Below, one piece after another: positions 51,035 to 62,569 of a stretch of 64,000 nt of DNA. Within the stretch, counting starts at the first letter, position 1; the number at the start of each line of letters is the position of its first letter. Source of the DNA: an uncultured Acidobacteriota bacterium (GTDB lineage Bacteria; Acidobacteriota; Thermoanaerobaculia; Gp7-AA8); NCBI GenBank assembly GCA_963741955.1, contig CAVUKB010000001.1:160001-224000 (forward strand), given 5' to 3'. The notes beneath the pieces are model-generated. The model did no database searches, was not told the origin of the DNA, and worked only from the letters and a program-made list of their open reading frames with translations. The position numbers and the translations under genes were made by a program.

Positions 51035-52018
51035 ATGGCTGACAACGAAGCGACGAATGCGGACGCAGGCCGTCACGCACCGGTTCTTTTGAAAGAGGTG
51101 ATCGCGCTCCTTCGTCCCGGGAGGGAAGAAGGGACGGTGGTCGATGCGACGGTGGGGCTCGGCGGACACGCCGAGGCTCTTCTGAAGAGCTGGCCCCGAA
51201 TCCGGCTGCTCGGCATCGACCGCGATCCGGACGCGCTCGCGATCGCGACGCGCCGGCTCGAGATCTTCGGAGATCGCGTGACGCTCGTGAGGGGTCGTCA
51301 CGAGAAGCTCATTGAAATTCTGAAGGATCACGGCATCACGGAGATCGACGCGCTTCTCGCGGACCTCGGCGTCTCTTCTCTGCAGTTCGACGAAGCTTCC
51401 CGCGGTTTTTCGTTCCGCGCGGAAGGGCCGCTCGACATGCGGATGGGGCAGGAGGGTGAGAGCGCGGCGGATGTGGTGAACCGGCTCGACGAGACGGATC
51501 TGGCCGATCTGATCTGGCGGTGGGGCGAGGAGCCGATGTCGCGACGGATCGCGCGGGCGATCGTCGCCGCACGCGCCGAGGAACGGATCGAGACCACGAT
51601 GCGCCTGGCGGAGATCGTCCGATCGGTGAAGCGGCGAGGCGCGGGAAGAGGCCGCGGCGCTGCGAGAGAACGGATCGATCCGGCGACGCTGACGTTTCAG
51701 GCGCTGCGGATCGCAGTGAACGAGGAGCTGGTCGGGCTGGAGTCGTTCGTGGAGAACGCCGTCGAGGCGATCTCTCCGGGGGGCCGGATCGCCGTGATCT
51801 CGTTTCACTCGCTCGAAGACCGGATCGTCAAGCGGACGTTCCGGAGACTGGAGGGAGAGTGCATCTGTCCGCCTCGCATCCCGCTCTGTCGCTGTGGTGC
51901 GGTGAAGAAGGTGAATGTGCTCACCCGCAAGCCGGTCGAAGCGGGCGCGGAAGAGACAGCGAGCAATCCGCGGGCGCGAAGCGCGAGGCTTCGGGTCGCG
52001 GAGAAGGTGGAGTGGTGA
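51035..52018 (+). CDS. rsmH: 16S rRNA m4C1402 methyltransferase
   Basis: HAPVL, DATVGLGGH, DLGVSSLQ, SFHSLEDR, NPRARSA. Confidence 0.96.
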   Translation: MADNEATNADAGRHAPVLLKEVIALLRPGREEGTVVDATVGLGGHAEALLKSWPRIRLLGIDRDPDALAIATRRLEIFGDRVTLVRGRHEKLIEILKDHGITEIDALLADLGVSSLQFDEASRGFSFRAEGPLDMRMGQEGESAADVVNRLDETDLADLIWRWGEEPMSRRIARAIVAARAEERIETTMRLAEIVRSVKRRGAGRGRGAARERIDPATLTFQALRIAVNEELVGLESFVENAVEAISPGGRIAVISFHSLEDRIVKRTFRRLEGECICPPRIPLCRCGAVKKVNVLTRKPVEAGAEETASNPRARSARLRVAEKVEW

Positions 52019-52271
52019 AGTATGAAGGAGGAAGAGGAGCCGGGCGGCTCTCTTTCTCCGGCACCGGGGAGTTCGGCGTGGCAGTGAGAGAAGCCGGAGT
52101 CGAGGTGCAAGGGTGAAGGTCGGGGAAGGGTTGGGCGTGTGTGATCGGCCGTTGGGATCGTGGGAGGGGTGGCGCGTGTGGGGTGGGTGTGAGTGAAGAC
52201 GGTCTCGCGGTCGTTGCCGGCAGGCAGATCTTCACCCTTGTACGTCGACTCCGGAGGTCGGCGGCGGGTCC

Positions 52272-52631
52272 ATGTACGCACAGAAGAAAACCATCGAGAA
52301 TACCCACATCGTTCGCGAGCGCGACCGCCGGCGCTTTCGTGAGCTCCTCGCCGTCCTGACCATCGGGGTTCCTCTCGGTCTGTTTCTCCTTCTTTTCACC
52401 TGGCAGAATCTCGAAGTGATCCGGCTGGGGCGCCAGTCGACCCGGCTGGCGAAGGTCAAGTCGGAGCTCGAGGACGCGAACAAGAATCTCCGTCTGGAGA
52501 TCGAGCGGCTGACTGCGCTGGACGAGGTCCAGAAGAAGGCAGAAGCGCTCGGATTCACCCGGACCGACCCCCGACAGATCGTGGTGGTGCGGCGCACGGC
52601 GGCGCCTCCCACTGCAGCAGGGAGGCGATGA
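52272..52631 (+). CDS. ftsL: Cell division protein FtsL
   Basis: TM plus coiled coil; lies between rsmH and ftsI. Confidence 0.8.
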   Translation: MYAQKKTIENTHIVRERDRRRFRELLAVLTIGVPLGLFLLLFTWQNLEVIRLGRQSTRLAKVKSELEDANKNLRLEIERLTALDEVQKKAEALGFTRTDPRQIVVVRRTAAPPTAAGRR

Positions 52632-54586
52632 TGCCCGGAACGCGTCGCCGCTTCGCCGTGATCATCGCGTTTCTCCTCGGCTGGGGTGCAGTCGTCGTCG
52701 GGCGCCTGGTGCAGGTGCAGCTTCTCCGGCACGACGACTACCTCAACCGCGCACAGAAGCAGCAGGAGCGTACTGTAGAGCTGACCCCGGTGCGAGGATC
52801 GATCTTCGACGTGCGCGGACGGGTGCTCGCCGAGAGCATCATCGCGGATTCGATCTACGCCGATCCGCAGAGCATCGAGGATCCGGACGATGCGGCCCGC
52901 AGGCTCGCCTCGATCAAGGGTCTCGGCGTCGACCGGAAGGATCTCGCGCGCCGTCTCCGGGGGCGGGGAGAGTTCGCCTGGATCGCGCGGCAGGTGACGC
53001 CGGAAGTGAGCGAAGCGGTCGCCGAGCTGCGCCTGCAGGGAGTGCACCGGCTGACCGAGCATCGCCGCTCCTACCCGAAAGGTGAGCTGGCGGCGAACGT
53101 GATGGGATACGTCGGCATCGACGGGGAAGGCCTGGGAGGGCTCGAGCATTCGCTCGACTCGTGGGTACGCGGACGCCCGGGACGGGTGACTCTTCTTCGC
53201 GACGCGCGCAAGGAGATGTACCAGGTCGGCGGCGAAGGAAGCAACGCTCCTGCGGACGGAATGAACGTGGTGCTCACCATCGACGAGGTGATCCAGTTCA
53301 TCACCGAACGGGCGGTGGAGAAGGCGGTCCGCGACCAACGGGCGACCAGCGGCGTCGCGATCGTGATGGATCCCCGGACCGGCGACATCCTGGCCATGGC
53401 CTCGGTGCCGACGTTCGACCCGAACCACTACGGTGACGCGTCGCCGGCCCAGTGGCGGAATCGTGCCGTCCAGGACATCTACGAACCGGGATCGACATTC
53501 AAGATCGTCACTGCCTCGGCGGGGCTGGAAGAAGGGCTGATCACGCCCTCACAGATCGTCGACTGCGGCGCGGGAAGTATCCAGGTCGCGAGCGTGAGGA
53601 TTCGGGAGCACGGAGGGAACGCATACGGGCGGATGCCGTTCGAGGACGTGATGGTGCACTCGTCCAACGTCGGAATCATCAAGGTGGGTCTCGCCCTCGG
53701 GCCGCAGCGTCTGTACGACTACATCCGCCGATTCGGATTCGGCGAAGATACCGGAATCGATCTTCCCGGCGAATCGGGAGGGATTCTCCGCAGTCCGTCG
53801 CACTGGTCGCTCGTGTCGAACGCGTCGATGTCGATGGGACAGGAGATCGCGGCGACGCCGCTCCAGGTGCTGCGGGCGATGGCAGCTCTGGCGAACGGAG
53901 GACGGATGGTGCGGCCGCGGATCGTGAGCCGCGTGGTCGACGGGGCTGGAAACGTGGTCTACGCCTCCCCGCCGGATCCGGGCGTGCAGGTGGTCTCGGA
54001 CCGCACCGCCGCGATCATGAACGAGATCCTCAAGGCGGTGGTGGCGCGCGGCACCGGAATCCATGCTGCACTCCCCGACTATGTCGTGGCGGGAAAAACC
54101 GGGACCGCGCAGAAGGCGGTGCGGGGAGGGTACTCCGCCGATCAATTCGTCGCCTCGTTCGTCGGTTACGTCCCGGCGGACCGCCCGCGACTCGCAATCA
54201 TCGTGGTGGTCGACGATCCGAAGCAATCCGAGTACGGGGGAACGGTCGCGGCGCCGGTGTTCCACGACATTGCAGAGGCAGCGCTCCGCTATCTCGACGT
54301 GGAGCCGACCATGCCTGCACGCGAGCTCGTCACTTCCCGGACACTTCTGGCGACGTTCTCGCAGGAGTCCGCCGTACCGGCCGGCGCTGCGGCGCCCGGC
54401 ATGGTTCCGGATCTGCGGGGGTTGGACGGGAGGGACGCGGTCGCGAGAGCGACGGCGGCGGGACTGCGGGTCAGCCTCACCGGGAGCGGGCGGGTGGCTT
54501 CACAGTCGCCGCCTGCCGGAGAGCCGCTCCCGGGAACGCAACGGATCGAGCTGACTCTTTCGACGACAACGGGGTTCGTTCCATGA
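52628..54586 (+). CDS. ftsI: Class B PBP FtsI with a C-terminal PASTA domain
   Basis: EPGSTFK, SSN, GKTGTAQ; VPDLRGL PASTA motif. Confidence 0.93.
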   Translation: MMPGTRRRFAVIIAFLLGWGAVVVGRLVQVQLLRHDDYLNRAQKQQERTVELTPVRGSIFDVRGRVLAESIIADSIYADPQSIEDPDDAARRLASIKGLGVDRKDLARRLRGRGEFAWIARQVTPEVSEAVAELRLQGVHRLTEHRRSYPKGELAANVMGYVGIDGEGLGGLEHSLDSWVRGRPGRVTLLRDARKEMYQVGGEGSNAPADGMNVVLTIDEVIQFITERAVEKAVRDQRATSGVAIVMDPRTGDILAMASVPTFDPNHYGDASPAQWRNRAVQDIYEPGSTFKIVTASAGLEEGLITPSQIVDCGAGSIQVASVRIREHGGNAYGRMPFEDVMVHSSNVGIIKVGLALGPQRLYDYIRRFGFGEDTGIDLPGESGGILRSPSHWSLVSNASMSMGQEIAATPLQVLRAMAALANGGRMVRPRIVSRVVDGAGNVVYASPPDPGVQVVSDRTAAIMNEILKAVVARGTGIHAALPDYVVAGKTGTAQKAVRGGYSADQFVASFVGYVPADRPRLAIIVVVDDPKQSEYGGTVAAPVFHDIAEAALRYLDVEPTMPARELVTSRTLLATFSQESAVPAGAAAPGMVPDLRGLDGRDAVARATAAGLRVSLTGSGRVASQSPPAGEPLPGTQRIELTLSTTTGFVP

Positions 54587-56061
54587 GATTGCAGACGTTA
54601 CTCGAGCGTGTTCCGGTAGTCGCGATCCGCGGCGACGCGAATGCGGAGATCATCGACGTGACCGATGATTCGCGGCGGGCCCGTCCCGGCGCGCTCTTCA
54701 TCGCCGTTCCGGGGCTCACTGTCGACGGAGCGCGCTTCATCGACGCGGCGGTCGAGAAGGGAGCGACGGCGATCGTCAGTGAGCTTGGAGAGGAGGATCG
54801 CCCCGGTGTGACCTGGGTCTCGGTCGCGGATGCGCGGCGTGCCCTCGCGCTGATCGCCGCGAATTTCTACGGCCGTTCCGCGGAGAAGCTCGAGCTGGTC
54901 GGCGTGACCGGCACCTCCGGAAAGACGACCACCACCAAGATGGTGGAGTCGATTCTCGACGCGACGGGCGAGCCGGCGGGACTGATCGGAACCATCGAAT
55001 ACCGCGCGGGGGAGAACCGGGAGATCGCGGACCGGACCACTCCCGACGCGATCGTGCTGCAGAAATGGTTCGGGATGATGGTGGAATCCGGTGTGAGGCG
55101 CGCGGTGATGGAGGTCTCCTCGCATGCACTCGCTCTCGGAAGAACGTACGGAATCCCGTACGCCGCTGCGGTCTTCACCAACATCACCCGCGAGCACTTC
55201 GACTTTCACGGAAACTTCGAGAACTACTTCGCGGCGAAGAAGATCCTTTTCGACCAGATCGACCGGAGCCGGAAGAGCGCGGTCGTGAACCGGGACGACG
55301 AATGGGGCCGTAAGCTCATCGAAGAGCTGGGCGATGCGGCGGTGACTTTCGGGAACGGAAGCGACGCGGACATTCATCCCGACCAGGGATTCGTCGTGTC
55401 CGTCGAGGGGCTGCACGGCGATCTGATCACTCCGGCCGGTCGGGTGGTGATCGATTCGCCGCTGCTCGGGATGCCGAATCTCTACAACTGGATGGGCGCG
55501 ATCGGCGCCGCACTGGCAATCGGTATCGAGCGGTCCCGGATCGAGGAGGGAGTCCGGAACCTCGCCGCAGTCAAGGGACGATTCGAGCGGATCTCCGTCG
55601 AAGGAGGTCCGACGGTTCTGGTCGACTACGCGCACAAGCCCGATGCGCTGGAGAAGCTTCTCCACGCGGTGCGGGATCTCGCGGGAAAGCGTCGCATCGT
55701 GGTGGTATTCGGCTGCGGCGGCGATCGCGACCGGGGGAAGCGGCCGGTGATGGGAGAGATCGCGGGAAGGCTGGCGGACTACACCATCATCACCAGCGAC
55801 AATCCGCGCAGCGAGGATCCGCAGAAGATCGTCGAGGAGATCGAGCGCGGCATCGTCGGCACCGGACGGCCCTACGAGACGATCCTCGACCGGCGGAAGG
55901 CGATCGAGGCCGCGGTGCACGTGGCGGACGAGCGGACGGTGGTGGTGGTGGCGGGAAAGGGACACGAGAACTACCAGGTGATCGGCGACCGGATCGTCCA
56001 TTTCGACGACCGGGAAGAAGTCGAAGCAGTGCTCGCGAAGCGAGCTCAAAAAGGATCGTAA
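54583..56061 (+). CDS. murE: UDP-MurNAc-tripeptide synthetase (mDAP-type)
   Basis: GVTGTSGKTT, MEVSSH, DYAH, DNPR, AGKGHE. Confidence 0.96.
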   Translation: MRLQTLLERVPVVAIRGDANAEIIDVTDDSRRARPGALFIAVPGLTVDGARFIDAAVEKGATAIVSELGEEDRPGVTWVSVADARRALALIAANFYGRSAEKLELVGVTGTSGKTTTTKMVESILDATGEPAGLIGTIEYRAGENREIADRTTPDAIVLQKWFGMMVESGVRRAVMEVSSHALALGRTYGIPYAAAVFTNITREHFDFHGNFENYFAAKKILFDQIDRSRKSAVVNRDDEWGRKLIEELGDAAVTFGNGSDADIHPDQGFVVSVEGLHGDLITPAGRVVIDSPLLGMPNLYNWMGAIGAALAIGIERSRIEEGVRNLAAVKGRFERISVEGGPTVLVDYAHKPDALEKLLHAVRDLAGKRRIVVVFGCGGDRDRGKRPVMGEIAGRLADYTIITSDNPRSEDPQKIVEEIERGIVGTGRPYETILDRRKAIEAAVHVADERTVVVVAGKGHENYQVIGDRIVHFDDREEVEAVLAKRAQKGS

Positions 56062-56286
56062 AAATCAGTGATGTTCGCAACGATTGAAAAATAGCTTGGT
56101 ATCTACGATGAAAATGCATTACGATATCTGCGTTGTTTCGAGCTGGCGTCGTGTTCAGGCTCCGTTGTCGGACGGGTGGCGCGATGAGCGGCCGGTGATC
56201 ATCAGGCAGTGTGACGGGGAAGGGATGATCGCCGGTGGATGGATACAGCGGAGCCCGAAGACGTTGCCAGCAGACGGAGGCCGGCC

Positions 56287-57660
56287 GTGCCGCGGCTGAG
56301 TCCCATCGAGATTGCCGCGATGTGCGGCGGTGAGCTCGTGCAGGGTGGCGAGGTCTCTTTTCCCGCCTTCGTGATCGACAGCCGCGAAGCGACCGAGGAT
56401 TCGCTCTTCTTCGCCATTCGCGGCGAGCGACTCGACGGCCACGACTATCTCCCGGAGGCGCTCGGCACGGCCCGAGGGGCGGTGGTGAGTCGCGTTCCGG
56501 ATCCTCTTCCCGCCGGCAAAGTGATCATCCGCGTCGCGGACACCACGCGTGCGCTCCAGGATCTGGCGAGAGGGGTCAGGTCTCGATTCGACTGGACGCT
56601 GATCGGAATCACCGGTTCCGCAGGAAAGACGACCACCAAGGAGATGATCGCGACGCTGATCGCGACGGAACGGCGGACCGCACGTTCGCGCGGCAACTTC
56701 AACAATCACATCGGACTTCCGCTGGGCATCGTCAACGCACCCGACGATACCGAGGTGTACGTCAGTGAGATGGGAATGAGCGCGAAGGGAGAGATCGAGT
56801 TTCTCGCCACGCTCGCCTCGCCGGACCTCGGCGTCTACACCACCATCAAGCCGGTGCACCTCGAGTTCTTCGGCTCTCTGGACGGGATCGCCGCCGCGAA
56901 GCGCGAGCTGCTGGAGAACATGAAGCAGGACGGGACGATCGTGATCAACGCCGACGATCCGAAGGTGATGGAGATCAGCAGAGGATTTCCGGGGCGGAAG
57001 GTGACGTACGGCTCGGACGCCGGGGCGGAGTATCGCGCCGAGGAGGTCCGGGAGCGCGGACTCCTCGGTACGTCGTTCCGGCTGAGCGCGGAAGGGACGT
57101 CGCGCACGTTCGATCTCCCGATGCCCGGACGGCACAACATGGAGAACCTTCTCGCCGCGATCGCCGCCGCACGTGCGATCGGTATCGGATGGGAAGGAAT
57201 CGAGAAGGGCGTGGCTGCAGTCCGTCCCGCCGCGCACCGCGGCATCGTGATTCGATGGAACGGGGCGACTCTCTACGACGACACCTACAACTCGAATCCG
57301 TATGCGCTCGGGAGGGCGCTCGAACTGCTGGCCCATGCCGATTGTGAGGGACGCCGGATCGCAGTGGTCGGCGACATGCTGGAGCTCGGCGGAGACGAGA
57401 TCGAGTTCCATCGTGAAGCGGGGAGAAAGATGCCCGAGGTGGTCGACACCGTCGTGGCGGTCGGGCCGCGGTCGAAGGCGATGCTCGACGGAGCGGCGGA
57501 GGCGGGATTCGAAGCGAGCGTGCTCCATCACTTCGACGATGCATCCGCGGCGACGGAGTTCCTGCGCACATTCATCACCGCCGGCGATCTGGTGCTGCTG
57601 AAGGCTTCCCGCGGAATCGGACTGGACAAGATCGTGACCACACTCGAGAGCGAGGTGTAG
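56287..57660 (+). CDS. murF: UDP-MurNAc-pentapeptide synthetase
   Basis: GGAGG RBS plus GTG; [33 protein letters not shown]. Confidence 0.95.
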   Translation: MPRLSPIEIAAMCGGELVQGGEVSFPAFVIDSREATEDSLFFAIRGERLDGHDYLPEALGTARGAVVSRVPDPLPAGKVIIRVADTTRALQDLARGVRSRFDWTLIGITGSAGKTTTKEMIATLIATERRTARSRGNFNNHIGLPLGIVNAPDDTEVYVSEMGMSAKGEIEFLATLASPDLGVYTTIKPVHLEFFGSLDGIAAAKRELLENMKQDGTIVINADDPKVMEISRGFPGRKVTYGSDAGAEYRAEEVRERGLLGTSFRLSAEGTSRTFDLPMPGRHNMENLLAAIAAARAIGIGWEGIEKGVAAVRPAAHRGIVIRWNGATLYDDTYNSNPYALGRALELLAHADCEGRRIAVVGDMLELGGDEIEFHREAGRKMPEVVDTVVAVGPRSKAMLDGAAEAGFEASVLHHFDDASAATEFLRTFITAGDLVLLKASRGIGLDKIVTTLESEV

Positions 57661-57661
57661 A

Positions 57662-58750
57662 TTGCTGTACTACCTCCTGTTTCCGCTTCGGGAGTACATC
57701 TCGGGATTCAACGTCTTCCGGTACATCACGTTCCGGTCGGCGTGGGCAGCGCTCACCGCTCTGCTGATCTCGTTCGTTCTCGGCCCGTGGCTGATTCGCC
57801 GGATGACCAGCATCAAGCTCGGTCAGTACATCCGCGAAGAAGGACCGCAGTCGCATCAGAAGAAGGCCGGGACGCCGACCATGGGCGGGATCCTGATCAA
57901 TCTCGCCATCCTGATTCCGACCATCCTCTGGGCGGACATCATGAACCCGTACATCTGGATCATCCTGTTCGTCACGTTCTCGTACGGCACGATCGGATTC
58001 ATCGACGACTTCCAGAAACTGGTCAAGAAGCGGAACCTCGGATTGACCGCGAAGCAGAAGTTCTCCGCGCAGATCCTGGTCGCGCTGATCGCGGGAATGG
58101 CGATCGCTTACCTGCCGCAGATCCACAATGCGTACTCCACGGTCCTCACATTCCCCTTTCTGAAGCGGTTCGTCCTCGACCTGGGGCTCCTCTACATACC
58201 GTTCATCGTGGTGGTGATCGTAGGAGCTTCGAACGCGGTGAATCTCACGGACGGCCTCGACGGGCTGGCGATCGGCTCGACGCTCATCGCGGCGGCGACC
58301 TACACCATCCTGACGTATGCGGCGGGACACTACCGGGTGGCCGACTATCTGAAGATCGCGTGGGTTCCAGGGGCCGGAGAGCTGGCCGTCTTCTGCGGCG
58401 CGATGATGGGTGCCTCGCTCGGCTTTCTCTGGTTCAACGCGCATCCGGCGGAGATCTTCATGGGTGACGTCGGGTCGCTCGCGCTGGGTGGAGCGATCGG
58501 CTGCCTCGCGGTGATGATCAAACAGGAGATCCTCCTGGTGTTCGTCGGCGGGCTCTTCGTGCTCGAAGCGCTCTCGGTGATCATCCAGGTGATCTCGTTC
58601 AAGTCGACCGGACGGCGGGTCTTTCGAATGTCTCCGTTGCACCATCACTTCGAGCTCTCCGGCTGGGACGAGACGAAGGTGGTGGTGCGCTTCTGGATCA
58701 TCGCGATCATCTTCGCGCTGCTCAGTCTCTCCACACTGAAGCTGAGGTGA
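57662..58750 (+). CDS. mraY: Phospho-MurNAc-pentapeptide transferase
   Basis: [36 protein letters not shown]. Confidence 0.97.
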   Translation: MLYYLLFPLREYISGFNVFRYITFRSAWAALTALLISFVLGPWLIRRMTSIKLGQYIREEGPQSHQKKAGTPTMGGILINLAILIPTILWADIMNPYIWIILFVTFSYGTIGFIDDFQKLVKKRNLGLTAKQKFSAQILVALIAGMAIAYLPQIHNAYSTVLTFPFLKRFVLDLGLLYIPFIVVVIVGASNAVNLTDGLDGLAIGSTLIAAATYTILTYAAGHYRVADYLKIAWVPGAGELAVFCGAMMGASLGFLWFNAHPAEIFMGDVGSLALGGAIGCLAVMIKQEILLVFVGGLFVLEALSVIIQVISFKSTGRRVFRMSPLHHHFELSGWDETKVVVRFWIIAIIFALLSLSTLKLR

Positions 58751-58939
58751 TCGGAGATCTCGAATTGAGGATGTGAGGGTTTACGGACGGTGGAAGTGAT
58801 GGGAGCAGTGCAGAGGAGCGAACGTTCATCGCGAGCGGAGAGGGACGTCGCGAGTTGAAAGAGTCCGGATGGCTGGACCGAAGGCGCGTGGCGGGACGCA
58901 CGCGCTCCTTGGCAAGAGGAAAGGCGAACTGAGTCGGAG

Positions 58940-60286
58940 ATGAGACGAGTTCTGATCATGGGGGCCGGCAAGTCCGGAGTCGCGGCGGCGAACTTTCTCG
59001 CCGGGCGCGAGGTCGACGTGTCGATCACCGACGCGAAACGGGAAGAGGAGCTCCCGCTCGCGTCGTCCATCGACCCGCGCGTGCATCGGGTGCTCGGTGA
59101 GCAGTCGTCCGCGCTGCTCGATGGCGCCGATCTGGTGGTTCTGAGTCCGGGGATTCCGCCGGATGTCCCGCTTCTGATGGAGGCGCACGCGCGCTCGCTG
59201 CCGGTGATCTCGGAGATCGAGCTCGCGTTCCGCCATCTGCAGGGGAAAGTCGTCGCGATCACCGGATCGAACGGGAAATCGACCACGACGGCACTGATCG
59301 GAGAGATCCTGAAGGTCGCCGGCTATGAACCGATCGTTGCGGGAAACATCGGAGAACCGTTGATCGGATCGATCGATCCCACCCGCTCCCGGCATTACGT
59401 GATCGAGCTCTCCTCGTTCCAGCTGGAAACGGTGGAGAGCTTTCACGCGGACGTCGCTCTTCTGCTCAACATCACTCCGGACCACATGGACCGCTACCGG
59501 TCGATGGAGGAGTATGCGGCCGCGAAGCTCCGGATCTTCCGCAACCAGGCGGCGACCGACACTGCGATCGTGAACGCGGACGACGTGCGCACCTCGACTC
59601 CTCCGACGCCGGCGCGGGTCTGGCGTTTCTCCTCCCGCCATCCGGTGGATCGTGGAGCGTGGCTCGAGGGCGAAGCGCTGGCCGTGTCGTTGGGCGACGA
59701 GGATCGGCGGATTCCGCGGAGCGCGCTCCGGATCGAAGGGACGGCCAACGTGGAGAACGCGCTCGCGGCGTGGCTCGCGGCACGAGCGATGGGGATCGGC
59801 GACGTCGACGTGCAGATCGCGTTCGGCAGCTTCACCGGCCTGCCGCATCGGATGGTGAAGGTGCGTGAGCTCGACGGAGTTCGATGGATCAACGACTCGA
59901 AGGGGACGAACGTCGACGCGACGGTGAAGTCGCTGGAAGGGATGCCGGACGGGCGGGTGATCCTGATTCTCGGCGGGAAGGACAAGAAGGGGGAGTTCGA
60001 GCGTCTGCGTGATCTGGTCTCGAGAAAAGCGCGAAACGTTCTCACCATCGGAACCGCAGCGGGACGGGTGGAAGAGGCGCTCGCCGGGACGGTGGAGATC
60101 GTGCCGTGCGGCGACATGAATCGCGCCGTGGAATGGGCGCATTCGCACGCTGCGGAACGTGACGTGGTGCTTCTGTCACCGGCTTGCGCCAGTTTCGATC
60201 AGTACAGGAATTTCGAGCAGCGGGGAGAGCATTTCGAAGAGCTCGTCCGTGGTCTGCGCGAGGGTGCGAGGGAGGGAGACCGATGA
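58940..60286 (+). CDS. murD: UDP-MurNAc-L-Ala:D-Glu ligase
   Basis: SPGIP, TGSNGKSTT, ELSSFQLE, NDSKGTN, SPACASFDQY. Confidence 0.96.
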   Translation: MRRVLIMGAGKSGVAAANFLAGREVDVSITDAKREEELPLASSIDPRVHRVLGEQSSALLDGADLVVLSPGIPPDVPLLMEAHARSLPVISEIELAFRHLQGKVVAITGSNGKSTTTALIGEILKVAGYEPIVAGNIGEPLIGSIDPTRSRHYVIELSSFQLETVESFHADVALLLNITPDHMDRYRSMEEYAAAKLRIFRNQAATDTAIVNADDVRTSTPPTPARVWRFSSRHPVDRGAWLEGEALAVSLGDEDRRIPRSALRIEGTANVENALAAWLAARAMGIGDVDVQIAFGSFTGLPHRMVKVRELDGVRWINDSKGTNVDATVKSLEGMPDGRVILILGGKDKKGEFERLRDLVSRKARNVLTIGTAAGRVEEALAGTVEIVPCGDMNRAVEWAHSHAAERDVVLLSPACASFDQYRNFEQRGEHFEELVRGLREGAREGDR

Positions 60287-61380
60287 GCCGGAAGCTGGCG
60301 TTCGATCGTACGATCTTCGGAGCGGCAGTGGTGATCCTGGTGGTCGGTCTGGTGATGATCTACAGCGCCTCCGCGATGATCGCTTCGCAGAAGGTGGGCG
60401 TCGACAATCCGTACTACTTTCTGGTGCGGCAGTGCGTGTGGCTTCTCGCGGGAGGCCTGGTCGCCCTCGCGGCGATGTACTTCGACAGCTCACTGCTGCG
60501 TGACCGCCGAGTGGTCTATCCGATGGTCGCTGCGGTGGTGGTGGCTCTGGTGCTGGTTCTCTTTCAGGCGCCGGTCAACGGCACGCATCGCTGGTTCATT
60601 CTTCCGGGATTTCAGTTTCAGCCTTCAGAGGTCGCCAAGCCGGTGGTGATTCTCTTCCTCGCGCTCTTTCTCTCTCAGCGCGAGGAGAGGATCAACGAGC
60701 TCTCCGGAGTTCTGGTGCCGGTCGTGTCGGTCCTGGCGATCATCTCCGGGTTGATCCTGCTGCAGCCGGACTTCGGAACGGCGGCGACGATCCTGATCGT
60801 GGCGACGTGTCTGATCTTCGCGGCGGGAATCTCGTGGCGGAGGATCGCGCTCTTCGCCATCCCGCTCGTCCCGGCGGGACTGGCGATTCTTCTCTCTGCC
60901 GATTACCGGCGCGAGCGGCTCCTCTCGTTTCTCAACCCGCAGGCGGATCCGCTCGGAAAAGGGTTCCAGGCGATGCAGTCGCTGATCGCACTCGGGACGG
61001 GAGGTCTGACCGGGCTGGGGATCGGCAACGGGCGGCAGAAGCTGTTTTTCCTTCCGGAGCCGCACACCGACTTCATCTACTCGATCATCGGCGAGGAGCT
61101 CGGCTTCATCGGAGCGTTCGTGGTGCTGACGCTCTTCGGAATCATCGCCTGGCGGGGGCTGCGCATCGCGGCGCTCGCGCGGGACCGCTTCACATTTTAC
61201 GCGGCGCTGGGACTGACGCTGATGATCGCGATCCAGGCGCTGCTGAACATCAGCGTGACGCTCTGTCTTCTGCCGACCAAGGGGCTGCCGCTCCCGCTGG
61301 TCAGCTATGGCGGCTCGTCGCTGATCGCGACGCTGTTCGGACTCGGAATTCTGCTCAACCTTTCGCAGCAGACGACGTGA
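60283..61380 (+). CDS. ftsW: SEDS polymerase FtsW
   Basis: QPSEVAK, QPDFGT, LPEPHTDFI, GEELG, SYGGSS. Confidence 0.95.
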   Translation: MSRKLAFDRTIFGAAVVILVVGLVMIYSASAMIASQKVGVDNPYYFLVRQCVWLLAGGLVALAAMYFDSSLLRDRRVVYPMVAAVVVALVLVLFQAPVNGTHRWFILPGFQFQPSEVAKPVVILFLALFLSQREERINELSGVLVPVVSVLAIISGLILLQPDFGTAATILIVATCLIFAAGISWRRIALFAIPLVPAGLAILLSADYRRERLLSFLNPQADPLGKGFQAMQSLIALGTGGLTGLGIGNGRQKLFFLPEPHTDFIYSIIGEELGFIGAFVVLTLFGIIAWRGLRIAALARDRFTFYAALGLTLMIAIQALLNISVTLCLLPTKGLPLPLVSYGGSSLIATLFGLGILLNLSQQTT

Positions 61381-61391
61381 GGAGAGAGGGC

Positions 61392-62513
61392 GTGAAGGGC
61401 GTGACGGAACGGAAGAGCAACGACGGGCGGCATCCGCTGCTGCTGATCGCCGGCGGCGGCACCGGGGGACACATCTACCCGGCGATCGCGATCGCACGGG
61501 GATGGCTCGCCCGCGAGGAGGGACGGGAAGTCGTCTTCGTCGGGACGGAGTACGGTCTGGAGAAGACCATCGTGCCGCGAGAAGGTTTCCGCCTGGAGTT
61601 CGTTTCGGTCGGAGGCTTGAAGGGAAAGTCTCTCCTGCAGACGGTGAAGAACCTCCTCCGGCTTCCGGTCGGACTCGCCGGCGCGTGGCGCCTCCTCGGC
61701 CGTTACCGCCCCGCCGCGATCCTCGGCGTCGGAGGTTACGCCTCCGGGCCGGTGCTCCTGCTCGGTGCGCTCCGCGGCATCCCGACCCTGATCCACGAGC
61801 AGAACGCATTCCCCGGCGTGACCAATCGGATACTCGCGCGATTCGTACGGCGGGTGGCGGTGGGATTCGCGGACGCGCTGCCGCGGCTGAAACGCGACGA
61901 CGGAGAAGTGACCGGAAATCCGGTGCGCACGGAGTTCTTCGAATCCGGAGTGCCGCATCCGGCGGACGTCAACGTGCGGCTGCTGGTGTTCGGTGGAAGC
62001 CAGGGATCGCGAGTGCTGAATCGCGCCGTCACCGGCGCTCTGTCGACACTCGCGCCGCTCGCCGGCCGGATGGAGATCGTGCACCAGACCGGGCCGACGG
62101 AGCTGGAGAGCGTCGAAGCCGCGTATCGGAACGCGGCGTTCGCCCGGGCGCGGGTGGTGCCGTATCTCGATGCGATGGCCGGCGAGATGAAGGCGGCGGA
62201 TCTGGTGGTCTCGCGAGCCGGCGCGATCACCATCGGAGAACTGGCGGCGACCGGGCGCGCGGCGGTGCTCGTCCCTTTCGCTCAGGCGACGAACAATCAT
62301 CAGGAACTGAATGCACGAGTGCTCGAGCGGGCCGGCGCGGCGGTGGTGATCACCGAAGCGGAGCTCACTCCGGAGCGACTCGGCGAGGTGATCGGAGCAA
62401 TCGTCGCGGAGCCGGAAACAATCGTCCGGATGGGTGCCGCGGCGAAGTCGCTCGCGTCACCGGACGCGACGGAAAGGATCGTCAAAATCATCGAGCAAAT
62501 TCAAAGAAATTAA
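61392..62513 (+). CDS. murG: Lipid I GlcNAc transferase
   Basis: GGGTGGHIYP, GGYASGP, HEQN, GNPVR, GGSQG. Confidence 0.95.
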   Translation: MKGVTERKSNDGRHPLLLIAGGGTGGHIYPAIAIARGWLAREEGREVVFVGTEYGLEKTIVPREGFRLEFVSVGGLKGKSLLQTVKNLLRLPVGLAGAWRLLGRYRPAAILGVGGYASGPVLLLGALRGIPTLIHEQNAFPGVTNRILARFVRRVAVGFADALPRLKRDDGEVTGNPVRTEFFESGVPHPADVNVRLLVFGGSQGSRVLNRAVTGALSTLAPLAGRMEIVHQTGPTELESVEAAYRNAAFARARVVPYLDAMAGEMKAADLVVSRAGAITIGELAATGRAAVLVPFAQATNNHQELNARVLERAGAAVVITEAELTPERLGEVIGAIVAEPETIVRMGAAAKSLASPDATERIVKIIEQIQRN

Positions 62514-62542
62514 TTGCTTTGCCTGGCCTGCAACTTTAGAAT
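62514..62542 (+). promoter_or_regulatory. Internal sigma70-like promoter upstream of murC
   Basis: TTGCTT-N17-TAGAAT in an AT-rich spacer. Confidence 0.55.
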
Positions 62543-62569
62543 GAATGAATATAAATCCAACTATTTCGC

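Noticed and set aside
53452-54582. 869-aa MurE with an N-terminal extension
   Set aside because: The extension is an alternative frame of ftsI; the real start is the ATG at 54583 overlapping the ftsI stop.
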